Shown: piece by piece, positions 47,001-56,040 of the stretch
Position numbering within the stretch: position 1 is the stretch's first letter
How the letters are laid out: every line of letters starts with the position of its first letter
Assembly (NCBI RefSeq): GCF_028641065.1
Contig: NC_073403.1
Coordinates: 14,260,001 to 14,324,000 of the forward strand
Direction: 5' to 3'
From: Leucoraja erinacea
Lineage: Eukaryota
DNA length: 64,000 nucleotides
Notes under the pieces: model-generated
Seen by the model: the letters and a program-made list of their open reading frames with translations, nothing else
The model's database searches: none
What the model was told of the DNA's origin: nothing
Position numbers and translations under genes: made by a program

Positions 47001-49932
47001 ATCTCTGAATTCAATGGTAGTCGTGAGGGGCAGTGGGGAAGTTTGATGATGGCGTGCAGGAAAAAACTGCAGATGCTGGTTTATATCATAGGTAGGCACA
47101 AAATGTTGCTGGCAGTACATGGATGGTGGACTGTATTGTGAAGAAAGTGATATAAGAAAAATGGATTAGAGACAAAAAGCTTGTTTTAAGATCAATCAAT
47201 AGCAAAATAGTGCAGATAATCATGAGACAGAAAACTAGATTATTTGTAGGAAAATAGTCTTGGTATATGGCAACGGAATGGTTTCCAGAGAAGTAGATCT
47301 TTCCTGACTAATATACAAGCTTTTATTTTGAAAAGTGCCTTCCAAACAGTGGCTGATGTTGTAGTTACATTTCCAAATTCTTTCATCTGCCACTTGAGGG
47401 TTGAAATAATGGGTTTCCTTGGTGAAGCTTGAGATGCTTTGCCAGTAAAGACTGCCAGTAAGATAAGAAGTACAATGGTCAGGGATAATGTACGACCTGG
47501 AACCGTGTAATGAGTGGAGTGACCCTTCTTGATTTGGGTGACTGACCTGGATGCAAAAACCACATCAGATAAAGTTCAGGATCAATCGATAAAACGCCTT
47601 GAACTTTTATGTAACTTTAGACACAATGAAGGTTTTGAAACTTTCCATTTATTGTAGAGCAAACAGGATTGAACTGTTGACCCAAGGAACTGCAGATGCT
47701 GGAATCTTGAGTAAATAACAAAGAGTGCTGGAGGAATGCAGCCGGTCAGGCAGGATTTGTAGAGAAAAATAAAAGATCGTCGGGACCTTATTAAGGCAGA
47801 TTAGAGTAGGGGGAGAAACTTTGATAGAGTGGGACAAAACCTGGCAGTGATAGGTGGGTACAGGCGAGATGAGTGGAGTAAGTGACAAAAGCTTAAATGT
47901 AAAAATAAAAAGACAAAATGAGATAACGAAACAAGATGAGGAATGAAATGCAAAACTAGAGGGAACTATTTGGACGGAAGGGAACAGGGGGGAAGGGAAA
48001 GGGTATAATAGAGACGTGGGGCTCGGTGATGGGGATGTGCATGAAGAAGGTGAAAGGAGCAGTGTTACAGGTGGTGGGAGAAATGTGTATGCATCAGGAT
48101 GGTGGGGCAGAGGAAATAGCCTCTGGGGCTGGGGGTTAATACATGAAAATGGAGAATTCATAGTTGGTACCATTGGGTTGTATGCTACCAAGGGGAATAT
48201 CAGGTGCTTTTCTTCCAGTTTGTGTGACGTGTAAAGATGTAACTGATCAAATTCCTACACCCTCCTTTCTGTAAACAAGAACGAATAAAGGGCGCAGTTA
48301 GTTTTATGAAAATTTAATTGTCAGAGAATCTGGGGAGGATTGGAGAGTAAGAAGAGAAATAATTGGAGAGCTAGAAACAACGTGGTCCTTGAGGAAGTAA
48401 GAATGATGAAAACTGGCGTGCGTAGAATGTCCAGTTGCTGTGGCCAATATTTTCTGTAATGCTGGCACTCACTCCACTGGCTGCAAAGTACCAGCCACGT
48501 TTAATGACTTGCATTATTTGAAGTGTTTCCTGAACATGACCAAATTCATTTTGCTTTCTTTGTGATGTTTAGATGGCCAGAGATGTTCTGATTGCCTTTG
48601 CCTGTGTTTCAGATGCTGCTGGAGAAGCTGAATGGTACAGTGCCTTGCCTGCTGGACACCACAACGATTCCCGAGGAGGAGCTTCTGATGACAAACTCTC
48701 AGTCAGCGGTGGATTCTGGCATTGTAGAAAGCTCGGCCGCTTGTGACATGCGAACAACGAATGGGGAACAAGTGCAGCATCCGTACAACAGGACTTTCTC
48801 CAGGCTCTTTCACAACTTTGTGGAGTTGTGCTTGCAACGGGAGCCTGAGCAGAGGTACGTGCTTGGTGAAAGTAGCTGCTATTTGTTGATAAATTGACTG
48901 TCATTCAAGAGACATGGATTAATGCACGATAGCACTACTGTAACAAAAACCAGCTGTGATCTTGCTGAATGGCAAAGCAGGCATACTTTTGCTTCAGTTT
49001 CTGATGATCTTAACATTTTGACCTGGTGTGATGATTACTCATTGGCACATTAATCAGCTGTACCACGGTGGCCATTTTATCTGTGTAACTGTGCAGCTCC
49101 TCCACTGTAATACTGCTGTAAGTGATACTATTTGTTTCAATCCTCTAACACTTTTCTTTGTTCTTTATAGACCCTCTGCCATTGCATTACTCAATCATTC
49201 ATTTGTCAAGCAGGTATGTCCGTGGTACCAAGTTATTGGTGAAAGAAACTTCCATTATTCAAACCCAATCTAATCACAGACCTGCAGTTCCATTTATTGG
49301 ATGTTAATTTGGGGTTGAGCCATAATAAGACTCCAGTCCTTTGATATCCTTTTGGGGAATCCTTTTGCATCCTTTTGGGGAATAAGACAGGAGGCTGGAG
49401 AAGAGAAGGTGAGGAAGACATTGTCAAAGATAATAATAAGGAGTGACTGAGAGTAGAGAAGAATTTACAAAATACTCTCATCTCAATAGGTTACTAGGTT
49501 GACATCTTTTGTGACCTGATGGGGTTTTTTCTGACCAGCTATTTGAAGATATATTGATATGTAAATACACCATGACTCATAGTCAAAAGCACAACAACCT
49601 TTGAGTTTCAGACCATTGGAGGCTCTATATAAAGTCAATGAAGAAGGGGTTTCAGTACAAAGGGCCAGAGTAGGGAGGCGTTTTCATCAGGTTCTAAGCC
49701 ATGTAGCATGTGAAATCATTAAGCTCTGTGCATGTGTTTGAATTGTACCAGATCACTGACCCACCTTCTGTCCTTCCAGCTGAAGCTGCGAGTGGTGGAA
49801 GTGCTTCCCGACCTGCTGCGACCCGTCACGCCCGTGACAGAGCTGGAAGGTGCTGACCCACATGAGTTGCGAGGGATGACTGAACTTGTGTCCAGCCTGG
49901 ACCAGCTGGAGATGGAGGACTGGGACTTCTGA
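22618..49932 (+). CDS. STRADA: STE20-related kinase adaptor alpha (LKB1-activating pseudokinase), complete, 12 coding exons, 1272 nt / 423 aa
   Basis: Spliced translation MSFL|[10 protein letters not shown]...[10 protein letters not shown]...[15 protein letters not shown]...YLSGLRS...[38 protein letters not shown]...[15 protein letters not shown]...LEMEDWDF*. It has STRAD pseudokinase signatures (HRS for HRD, GLR for DFG). Exons 22618-22629, 24009-24066, 30978-31006, 36074-36176, 37616-37737, 38653-38761, 39452-39575, 42391-42562, 45705-45809, 48613-48854, 49171-49213, 49780-49932 are all GT-AG and in frame. Confidence 0.96.
24009..24066 (+). CDS. STRADA: STRADA exon ([19 protein letters not shown])
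   Basis: 58 nt, TAG/GTAAGT, matches RWVSEK of STRADA. Confidence 0.92.
24185..24490. mobile_element. non-autonomous TIR element (Harbinger-like MITE), copy 1
   Basis: TIRs GCCCCTGTCCCGCTGTACGAGGTAATTCAA / TTGAATTACCTCGTACAGTGGGACAGGGGC; TA-rich flanks; homologous to 44027-44356. Confidence 0.8.
25645..26126 (+). mobile_element. tandem non-autonomous Helitron-like units with poly-C tracts
   Basis: Two copies of AAACAGACCCAACGGGTCTGCACTTGGTCTAGT (hairpin AGACCC/GGGTCT followed by CTAG terminus) ending at 25806 and 26126. Confidence 0.55.
26445..27065 (-). repeat. ~650-bp interspersed family, copy 2 (internal GAAGCTCC.. tandem subrepeats)
   Basis: Shared AAAAAAGCAACAAGACACACAACTACATAAAA and GGAGATACGA..AGAGATT blocks. 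Confidence 0.7.
30978..31006 (+). CDS. STRADA: STRADA 29-nt micro-exon ([10 protein letters not shown])
   Basis: TAG/GTGAGT; 29 nt restores frame between flanking exons; resembles human EQPPGDTRRK. Confidence 0.85.
33255..33570 (-). mobile_element. V-SINE carrying a 33-bp hairpin insertion
   Basis: GCCAATTAACCTACAAACC...CCGGAGGAAACACATGCAGTCACAGGGTGAACGTGCAAAC is the reverse-complement V-core. Confidence 0.8.
33475..33507. mobile_element. 33-bp hairpin mini-element with 8-bp TSD (hAT-like)
   Basis: GTGCAAAC|CAAAGATCCTATAGC-TCC-GCTATAAGATCTTTG|GTGCAAAC. Confidence 0.75.
36074..36176 (+). CDS. STRADA: STRADA exon ([35 protein letters not shown])
   Basis: 103 nt, AG/GT flanks. Confidence 0.92.
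37616..37737 (+). CDS. STRADA: STRADA exon ([41 protein letters not shown])
   Basis: 122 nt, CAG/GTAAGG. Confidence 0.94.
38653..38761 (+). CDS. STRADA: STRADA exon ([36 protein letters not shown])
   Basis: 109 nt, TAG/GTAAGT. Confidence 0.95.
39452..39575 (+). CDS. STRADA: STRADA exon ([42 protein letters not shown])
   Basis: 124 nt, CAG/GTAAT. Confidence 0.95.
40405..40705 (-). mobile_element. L2-clade LINE 3' fragment
   Basis: ORF 40528-40728 [42 protein letters not shown] is a typical L2 ORF2 C-terminus, followed by a 3' UTR with AATAAA and short-repeat tail. Confidence 0.85.
42391..42562 (+). CDS. STRADA: STRADA exon ([22 protein letters not shown]...[10 protein letters not shown])
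   Basis: 172 nt, CAG/GTAAGC. Confidence 0.95.
43490..45150 (+). mobile_element. cluster of decayed CR1-like LINE fragments (interrupted by MITE at 44027-44356)
   Basis: LEYC..WSPHY-type remnants and CR1 3' UTR motifs. Confidence 0.7.
44027..44356. mobile_element. non-autonomous TIR element (Harbinger-like MITE), copy 2
   Basis: ~47-bp TIRs AAGCCCTGTCCCACGGTATGAATTCATTCCAAGAGCTCTCCCGAGTTT; TTA duplication on both sides; nested in CR1. Confidence 0.85.
45705..45809 (+). CDS. STRADA: STRADA exon ([35 protein letters not shown])
   Basis: 105 nt, CAG/GTATAG. Confidence 0.95.
46839..46880. repeat. short tandem repeat CTGTAATCTTGTAAT x ~3
   Basis: Direct inspection. Confidence 0.85.
47685..48230 (-). 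mobile_element. longer Penelope-derived fragment (pLTR with purine-rich tract)
   Basis: Begins with the same AAGGAACTGCAGATGCTGGAATCTTGAG motif and continues through a purine-rich tract. Confidence 0.6.
48613..48854 (+). CDS. STRADA: STRADA exon ([20 protein letters not shown]...CLQREPEQR)
   Basis: 242 nt, CAG/GTACGT; ORF 48592-48897. Confidence 0.95.
49171..49213 (+). CDS. STRADA: STRADA exon ([14 protein letters not shown])
   Basis: 43 nt, TAG/GTATGT. Confidence 0.93.
49780..49932 (+). CDS. STRADA: STRADA last coding exon ([18 protein letters not shown]...MEDWDF*)
   Basis: CAG acceptor, TGA stop at 49930-49932. Confidence 0.94.
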   Translation: MKLRVVEVLPDLLRPVTPVTELEGADPHELRGMTELVSSLDQLEMEDWDF

Positions 49933-50111
49933 AAGTGGACATGTTGTTCAAGCTGGGCCTGGTGATGCCATTGGTCTTTATTTGTATTTTTTATGTAAAA
50001 GGCAGTTTTGCTGATTTACAGCGAAGTGTGGCACTAATAGATGCTGAATAGCAGGGGTGCACATCAAACCAGCTTAGGTGGGTGAAGGACCACAACCTGT
50101 ACATTGATTCA

Positions 50112-51188
50112 CAGTGCCCTCCATAATGTTTGGGACAAAGACCCGTCGTTTATTTATTTGCCTCTGTGCTCCACAATTTGAGATTTGTAAGAGAAAAAAT
50201 CACATGTGGTTAAAGTGCACATTGTCAGATTTTAATAAAGGCCATTTTTACACATTTTGGTTTCACCATGTAGAAATTACAGCAGTGTTTATACATAGTC
50301 CCCCCATTTCAGGGCACCATAATGTTTGGGACACAGCAATGTCATGTAAATGAAAGTAGTCATGTTTAGATACAAGTTAATCTTCGTCTCATCAGTCCAC
50401 AAGACCTTTTTTCAGAACTGTGGTTGCTCTTTTAAGTACGTCTTGGCAAACTGTAACCTGGCCATCCTATTTTTGCGACTAACCAGTGGTTTACATCTTG
50501 CAGAGTAGCCTCTGTATTGCTGCGCATGAAGTCTTCTGCGGACAGTGGTCATTGACAAATCCACACCTGACTCCCGAAGAGTGTTTCTGATCTGTCGGAC
50601 AGGTGTTTGGGGAGTTTTCTTTATTATAAATCAGCTGTGGAGGTTTTCCTTGGCCTGCCAGTCCCTTTGCGATTAGTAAGCTCACCAGTGCTCTCTTTCT
50701 TCTTAATGATGTTCCAAACAGTTGATTTTGGTAAGCCTAACGTCTGGTTGATGTCTAACAGTTTTATTCTTGTTTCGCAGTCTCATAATGGCTTCTTTGA
50801 CTTTCATTGGCACAACTTTGGTCCTCATGTTGATAAACAGCAATAAAAGTTATCAAAGGTGATGGAAAGACTGGAGGAAATACTAGGTGCTGAGAGCTCT
50901 CTTATACCTGCATTAAGGAGGCAATTAAACACACCTGAGCAATTACAAACTCCTGTGAAGCTATGTGTCCCAAACATTATGGTGCCCTGAAATGGGGGGA
51001 CTGTGTAGAAATACAGCTGTAATTTCTACATGGTGAAACCAAAATGTATAAAAACACTCTTTAATAAAATCTGACAGTGTGCACTTTAACCGCATGTGAT
51101 TTTTTTCTATTACAAATCTCAAATTGTGGAGTGCAGAGGCAAATAAATAAATGATGGGTCTTTGCCCCAAACATTATGGAGGCCATTG
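50112..51188 (-). mobile_element. internally deleted Tc1/mariner (IR/DR type) transposon
   Basis: ~220-bp inverted repeats (CAGTGCCCTCCATAATGTTTGGGACAAAGACCC ... GGGTCTTTGCCCCAAACATTATGGAGGCCATTG-TA) with inner direct repeats. Minus-strand transposase remnant from ATG 50828: MRTKVVPMKVKEAIMRLR...LGLPKSTVWNIIKK...GTGRPRKT...VLWTDETKINL (GRPR motif, first catalytic D), then deleted. Confidence 0.9.
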
Positions 51189-52763
51189 TACTTGAATACT
51201 AGAGATTTCAGATCACAACCATTACCCTTCTATTACTGTACCAGCAGCCAGTGAGCGCTGAAGCATTGCGCTCACATCTTATGTGAGAACAGAGTGATTA
51301 TCCTTACCTGGTCTCACCTCTGGTGAGTAAGGTGGTAGCTTTCTTACCCTTGTGAGTACGAAAGCATTGTCCTTGCACCTTTCTCACCAGTTAGCATGAG
51401 TTCAGCAGCAGTCCTCAAACCTGCTATGAATGCAGAGATAACGTCCACACTCTTCTTGACCATCTTGAAAACAGAGCCACTGTTTTGGAATCCGTTACAG
51501 ATAGATGCTGTGCTTCATCTCTCCTATCACACTGAGAGCGTGAAATATTCACTGTTTTATTACCTTCTTACATGAAATCCCTTTGTATCTGAATTGTTAT
51601 TTATTCAGAGTCAACCAATATTAAAGTTTCATTTGGTTACAACTATGTGAAACCCTTCTGCACTACATCATCTATGCAGCTTTTGTACCAGCTTTTTACT
51701 TAAGCATTTGAGCAATAGCGAGTCACTTGGCTCAGCTGAGACCGTCACTGGCAGTTGATGTTGGATTCATTGCTTGTCCTTCAGAGCTGGAGTAGGGCCA
51801 ATGTAGTCATTCTTTTGTGGGTCAGAATCCGTTCAAGGAGAATCCTGGCTCAACTGACAACTTCAACTTAACCAGAGTTCTGAAGATTACCGCACAAAGC
51901 AGCCTTACCCTTTTAGATGTTAGCCATTGCAAGAGGCCCCAGTCGGATTCCTTCAATGTATCTGGGGGGTGTCACCAGTACTGCAGCAAGAGTTCCCATA
52001 GTTACAGCTGGGAGCATACAGGAAATCCAAGCTATGATGCCGACTTAGAGGCATCCCCTGGGCAGCTCATGTCAATTCAACATCAACCCATTGACGTTGC
52101 CTTCCTCTACTCGATGAGCATGGTTCTCAGCCAATTTGTGGCTCCAACCAGTGGAGCGGTCAGACAATACAGTGAAGCTGGTAAATTGGCACAAAACAAT
52201 ATGTGCAAGAGTGAATAGTGGCCATGGTCATTGTGGAATGTTTCGACTTACTCTACAATCGCAAATCCACGGTTTCAGTTCCAACATCTGAAGATCTTGG
52301 AGATGTTGTAGTTGTGACCATCTTTAAGAGATATGCAACTATGATAACCACAAAGGGGTCCATTGCTGTTCACCATGGGGAAAGTCATACTCTGTGTCCT
52401 TTTTCAGTGGGTAAAGGGATAAGCGGAATTAGCCATCACAGTCAGCCTGGGTGGGTAAGTGAATGGCCCGTTTCTGTGCTGTAAAACTCCATGACTCTAG
52501 GTCCACTGCTTACTAAATGACATTGTCTTCCGACAATGAATGTTCTTTAAAAAGGACATGAAGTCACTGCAGGAGGGGTGACCAGGTGGACAAAGGATAT
52601 ACTGAAAGCCTTGGAATCTCATGAGCATTTGGAACAATATTGAGAAAACACCTGAATGTCTATTTTCTCCCACCATATGTTCTTGAACCTCCTAACCTGT
52701 AATTTGGTTGTCAGAAACCATCTATTAGATGTCACCGAACAGGATATTATTACCAACACTCTT

Positions 52764-53393
52764 TTTATTTCAAAATATACTTTATTCAAAAAATAAATAT
52801 ATACATGATCGTTACAAAACTCCATCCGACATTCTCGGAGGCTATACATACAGTTTCCTCAAATCACAATTTTTTTACCCCACCCCCTTGCCGCTCATGT
52901 GGCCCACTGGCATGGAATCCCTTCCCTTATTTTGAGGGGCGTCTTCACCACACCCTGACCCCCATGTCCAGCAGCAGAGGGACCCTATACTGTGGTCCTC
53001 CCCCACCGAGCCTTGATGTTGGCTGCACAGAGCTTCAATGGGTCCCTCAGCACGTACTCTCGGGCCAGTCAGCAACATTCCCTGACGGACATCTCGCTCC
53101 GCTGGGTGGTGAACAATGCTCGGGCAGACCAAAGAGCATCTTTCACTGAGTTGATGACCCTCCAGCAGCACTCGATGTCCGTCTCTGAATGCGTCCCTGG
53201 GAACAGTTCGAAAATCACAGAGTCCTCTGTGACGGAGCTGTTCGGAATAGACCATGACAGGGACCCTTGCAGACCTCTCCAGACTCTCTTTGCGAATCCA
53301 CACTCTGCAAAGAGGTGGGCAACCACCTCCTCTCCATAGCCATCCCGAGGGCAGCGTGCGCTGGTAGTGAGGTTCCGATGGTGTAGGAAGGAT
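52764..53393 (-). mobile_element. 5'-truncated Tx1-clade (L1-like) LINE 3' end
   Basis: ORF 53069-53410 shows the zf-RVT pattern RCPRDG..EEVVAHLFAECGFAKRVW; AATAAA-rich 3' tail; 11-bp direct duplication CCAACACTCTT at 52753-52763 and 53394-53404. Confidence 0.8.
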
Positions 53394-54215
53394 CCAACAC
53401 TCTTCATCACAGCCAGGTTGACATAAAGAAGGACTTATGGAGCTGGTGTTCTCCAGTATGATGAATAAAGTTGAAAGGAATGAGTGGGTTAATGTGGGTT
53501 GTCTATGGATGAGCCACCTGATGTGGCTGACTGACAGGATCAAATTCCTCCGTTTCTCATTCCAGCTCTGTCTCCCCTCACATTCCCCAATAATGTGAAC
53601 ACAATTAAGGTCTTCACACTGTGGTGTACAGATCCTGTTGAGACTGTCACGCTCACTGCATGTGTGCATTACTCTTCCGCTTACTGCGAATGGCCACCTA
53701 ACTCTGAGCAGGTTGCTGTACAATGAGGCTGACACAGAGGAGGCTTTTGAATTAACAAGAATGAAGCCCAGCAGGGATTCACGGTATGGGAATGTGCCTT
53801 CCTGGAGACTTTCTCCTTTAAGTAGGACAACCTATTAATAAACATGACGCAGCCACTTACTCTATGCTACACGGTAAATTATAAAGGCTGAACTAAGCTC
53901 TCTGATCTTAGTGATTTGACCAAATTCATTGTGAAGTTTATCTCTTCCAGTGTTCCCAAATCAAATTTCTGCAGAGCAGTAAATCTCTAAAACTGCGCAA
54001 AGTAACACCGCAAGAGATAAAACCAGAAACTGCGAGTAATAAGATTGGGCATGATAAGCAGAGTGGCAATGTCATGCTGAGGAAGTCCCAGCCTCACCCA
54101 GGTGGACTATGCAATGCTTCCCGCAGGTTGGAGGATAACAAATGTGAATCTGCTATTTGAAGGAAAAAAGAGAGAGAAAGCAGGGAGTGACCAACTATTA
54201 GCCTTCTGTTAGCCC

Positions 54216-54345
54216 GTCTGAAGAAAGGTCATGACCCGAAACGCCGCCCATTCCTTCGCTCCATAGATGCTGCCTCACTCGCTGAGTTTCTCCAGCATTT
54301 TTGTCTACCATCGATTTTTCCAGCATCTGCAGTTCTTTCTTAAAC
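54216..54345 (+). mobile_element. Penelope-derived fragment with hammerhead-like motif
   Basis: CTGAAGAAAGGTCATGACCCGAAACG...CCAGCATCTGCAGTT. Confidence 0.7.
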
Positions 54346-54547
54346 ATTAGCCTGCTGTTGATCGCCGGGAAGTTGCTGAATCTATAAAAATGTGGCATTA
54401 AGACAGAAAATAACAGTAGGATTGGCCTATGACAAGGACTTGTCAAATGCAGTTTCCATTTTATTGGTTTATTGGAATTCTTTGAGGATGTATCTGGTTG
54501 AGTAGATGAGGAGGAAGTCGGATGATCTGGTGTACTTCAACGCAAAG

Positions 54548-55180
54548 GTTTCAAAGATATTCCATTGACACATGTACCAGTGATATGCGAATTACCATAC
54601 AGCCATACAAAAAAAAAGCAACAGGCCACACAACTACATAAAAGTTAACATAAACATCCACCACAGCAGATTCCCCACTTTCCTCACTGTGATGGAAGGC
54701 AAAAAAGTCCAAACCTCCCTCTTTATTTTCCCGCGGTCGGGGCAGTCGAACCATCCATCTGGGCAATCGAGGCTCCCACGTCGGGGAGATCAAAACTCTC
54801 ATGCCTTGGAGTTCCCGAAGTCGGTCTCTGACCAGAGACCGCGCGCTCCGTGATGTTAAAGTCTGCAAGCACCCATGGTTTGAGCTACGAGGTCGATCCC
54901 TGGCAAAGGAATCGCGGGCTCCGTGATGGTAAGTCCACAGGGACCCACGGTGGAGCTCTCAAAAGTCGTTCTCCAGCAAAGGCCGCCAACTCCTTGATGT
55001 TAGGCCGCAGTGTGGACGGAGATACGATACGGGGGAAAAAATCAAATCTTCGTCAAGGTAAGAGATTAGAAAAGATCCCCCCCCCGCAACAAAACAAGCT
55101 AAAGAACACTAAAAACATCCATTTAACACATACTATTAAAACACAAAGAAGGAAGGGACAGGCAGACTGTAGGCGATGCA
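54548..55180 (-). repeat. ~650-bp interspersed family, copy 3
   Basis: High similarity to 18562-19228 by eye. Confidence 0.75.
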
Positions 55181-55879
55181 GTTTAAAGGTGTTTTTGAAG
55201 AGATCCCACAAACGAGGATGGCCAAGAAGATCAGGCCACATGGAATTGTGGTAAGATACTGTCATGGATAGAGAATTGATTAACAGAGAGAAAACAAAGA
55301 ATGGTAATAAACAGGTCATTCTCAGGTTGGCAGACTGTAACTAGTGGAGTATCGCAGGGGGGTCCCAACTATTCACCATCTGTGTCAATGATTTGAATGA
55401 ATGAGAGAACCATATGCTAAAATCCTAGGTTTGGTGATGTCTCAAGACAGAATGGGAATGTGAGTAGTAGTGAAAATGATAAGAGTCTACACGGGGATAT
55501 AGATAAGTTGAGTATGTGGACAATAGCAAGGCAGATACAATCTGATTTGGGGATTATTTTATATTTATTGACAATTTTTCTGATTTCTACTTCACTTGTT
55601 CCCTCTTTTGCTCCCTGCTGCCTGTTCCGTGATCTTCTGGTTCTCATCTGTGCTTATGATGCTGTGTTGGTCAGATTGAAGATTGAAGTGCCTTGTTATG
55701 TAGTCTTCATAGGCTGAATCATTTCCCATTAGATATGAAGACTTGCAGAATGTTTATGTGACACAAAGGTAACAGTTAAGGGAGAAAAATTGAGAAAAGG
55801 TGAGCTTCCCCATCCTTATAAAACAGTACGTTTTCAGGTTTGCTCTTCGACAATCCATTGAAACTGAAACTGAAACCCT

Positions 55880-56040
55880 ATATTTAAGAGGGAGTTAGAT
55901 GTGGCCCTTGTGGCTAAGGGGATCAGGGGGTATGGAGAGAAGGCAGGTACGGGATACTGAGTTGGATGATCATATTGAATGGCGGTGCAGGCTCGAAGGG
56001 CCGAATGGCCTACTCCTGCACCTAATTTCTATGTTTCTAT
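55880..56040 (+). mobile_element. young CR1-like 3' end
   Basis: GGGATCAGGGGGTATGGAGAGAAGGCAGG...GGGCCGAATGGCCTACTCCTGCACCTAATTTCTATG(TTTCTATG) tail. Confidence 0.75.

Noticed and set aside
47649-48191. 180-aa hydrophobic minus-strand ORF
   Set aside because: Low-complexity pyrimidine-rich tract of a Penelope-derived repeat.
51300-51525. Possible further minus-strand exon of the LRR-like remnant
   Set aside because: All frames contain stops and several competing donors; no diagnostic motif, so not supportable.
52875-53735. 286-aa minus-strand ORF as a single-exon gene
   Set aside because: Chimeric: the 3' two-thirds runs through intron-like DNA and the Tx1 insertion out of its coding frame. 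Only 53518-53831 is retained as a candidate exon.
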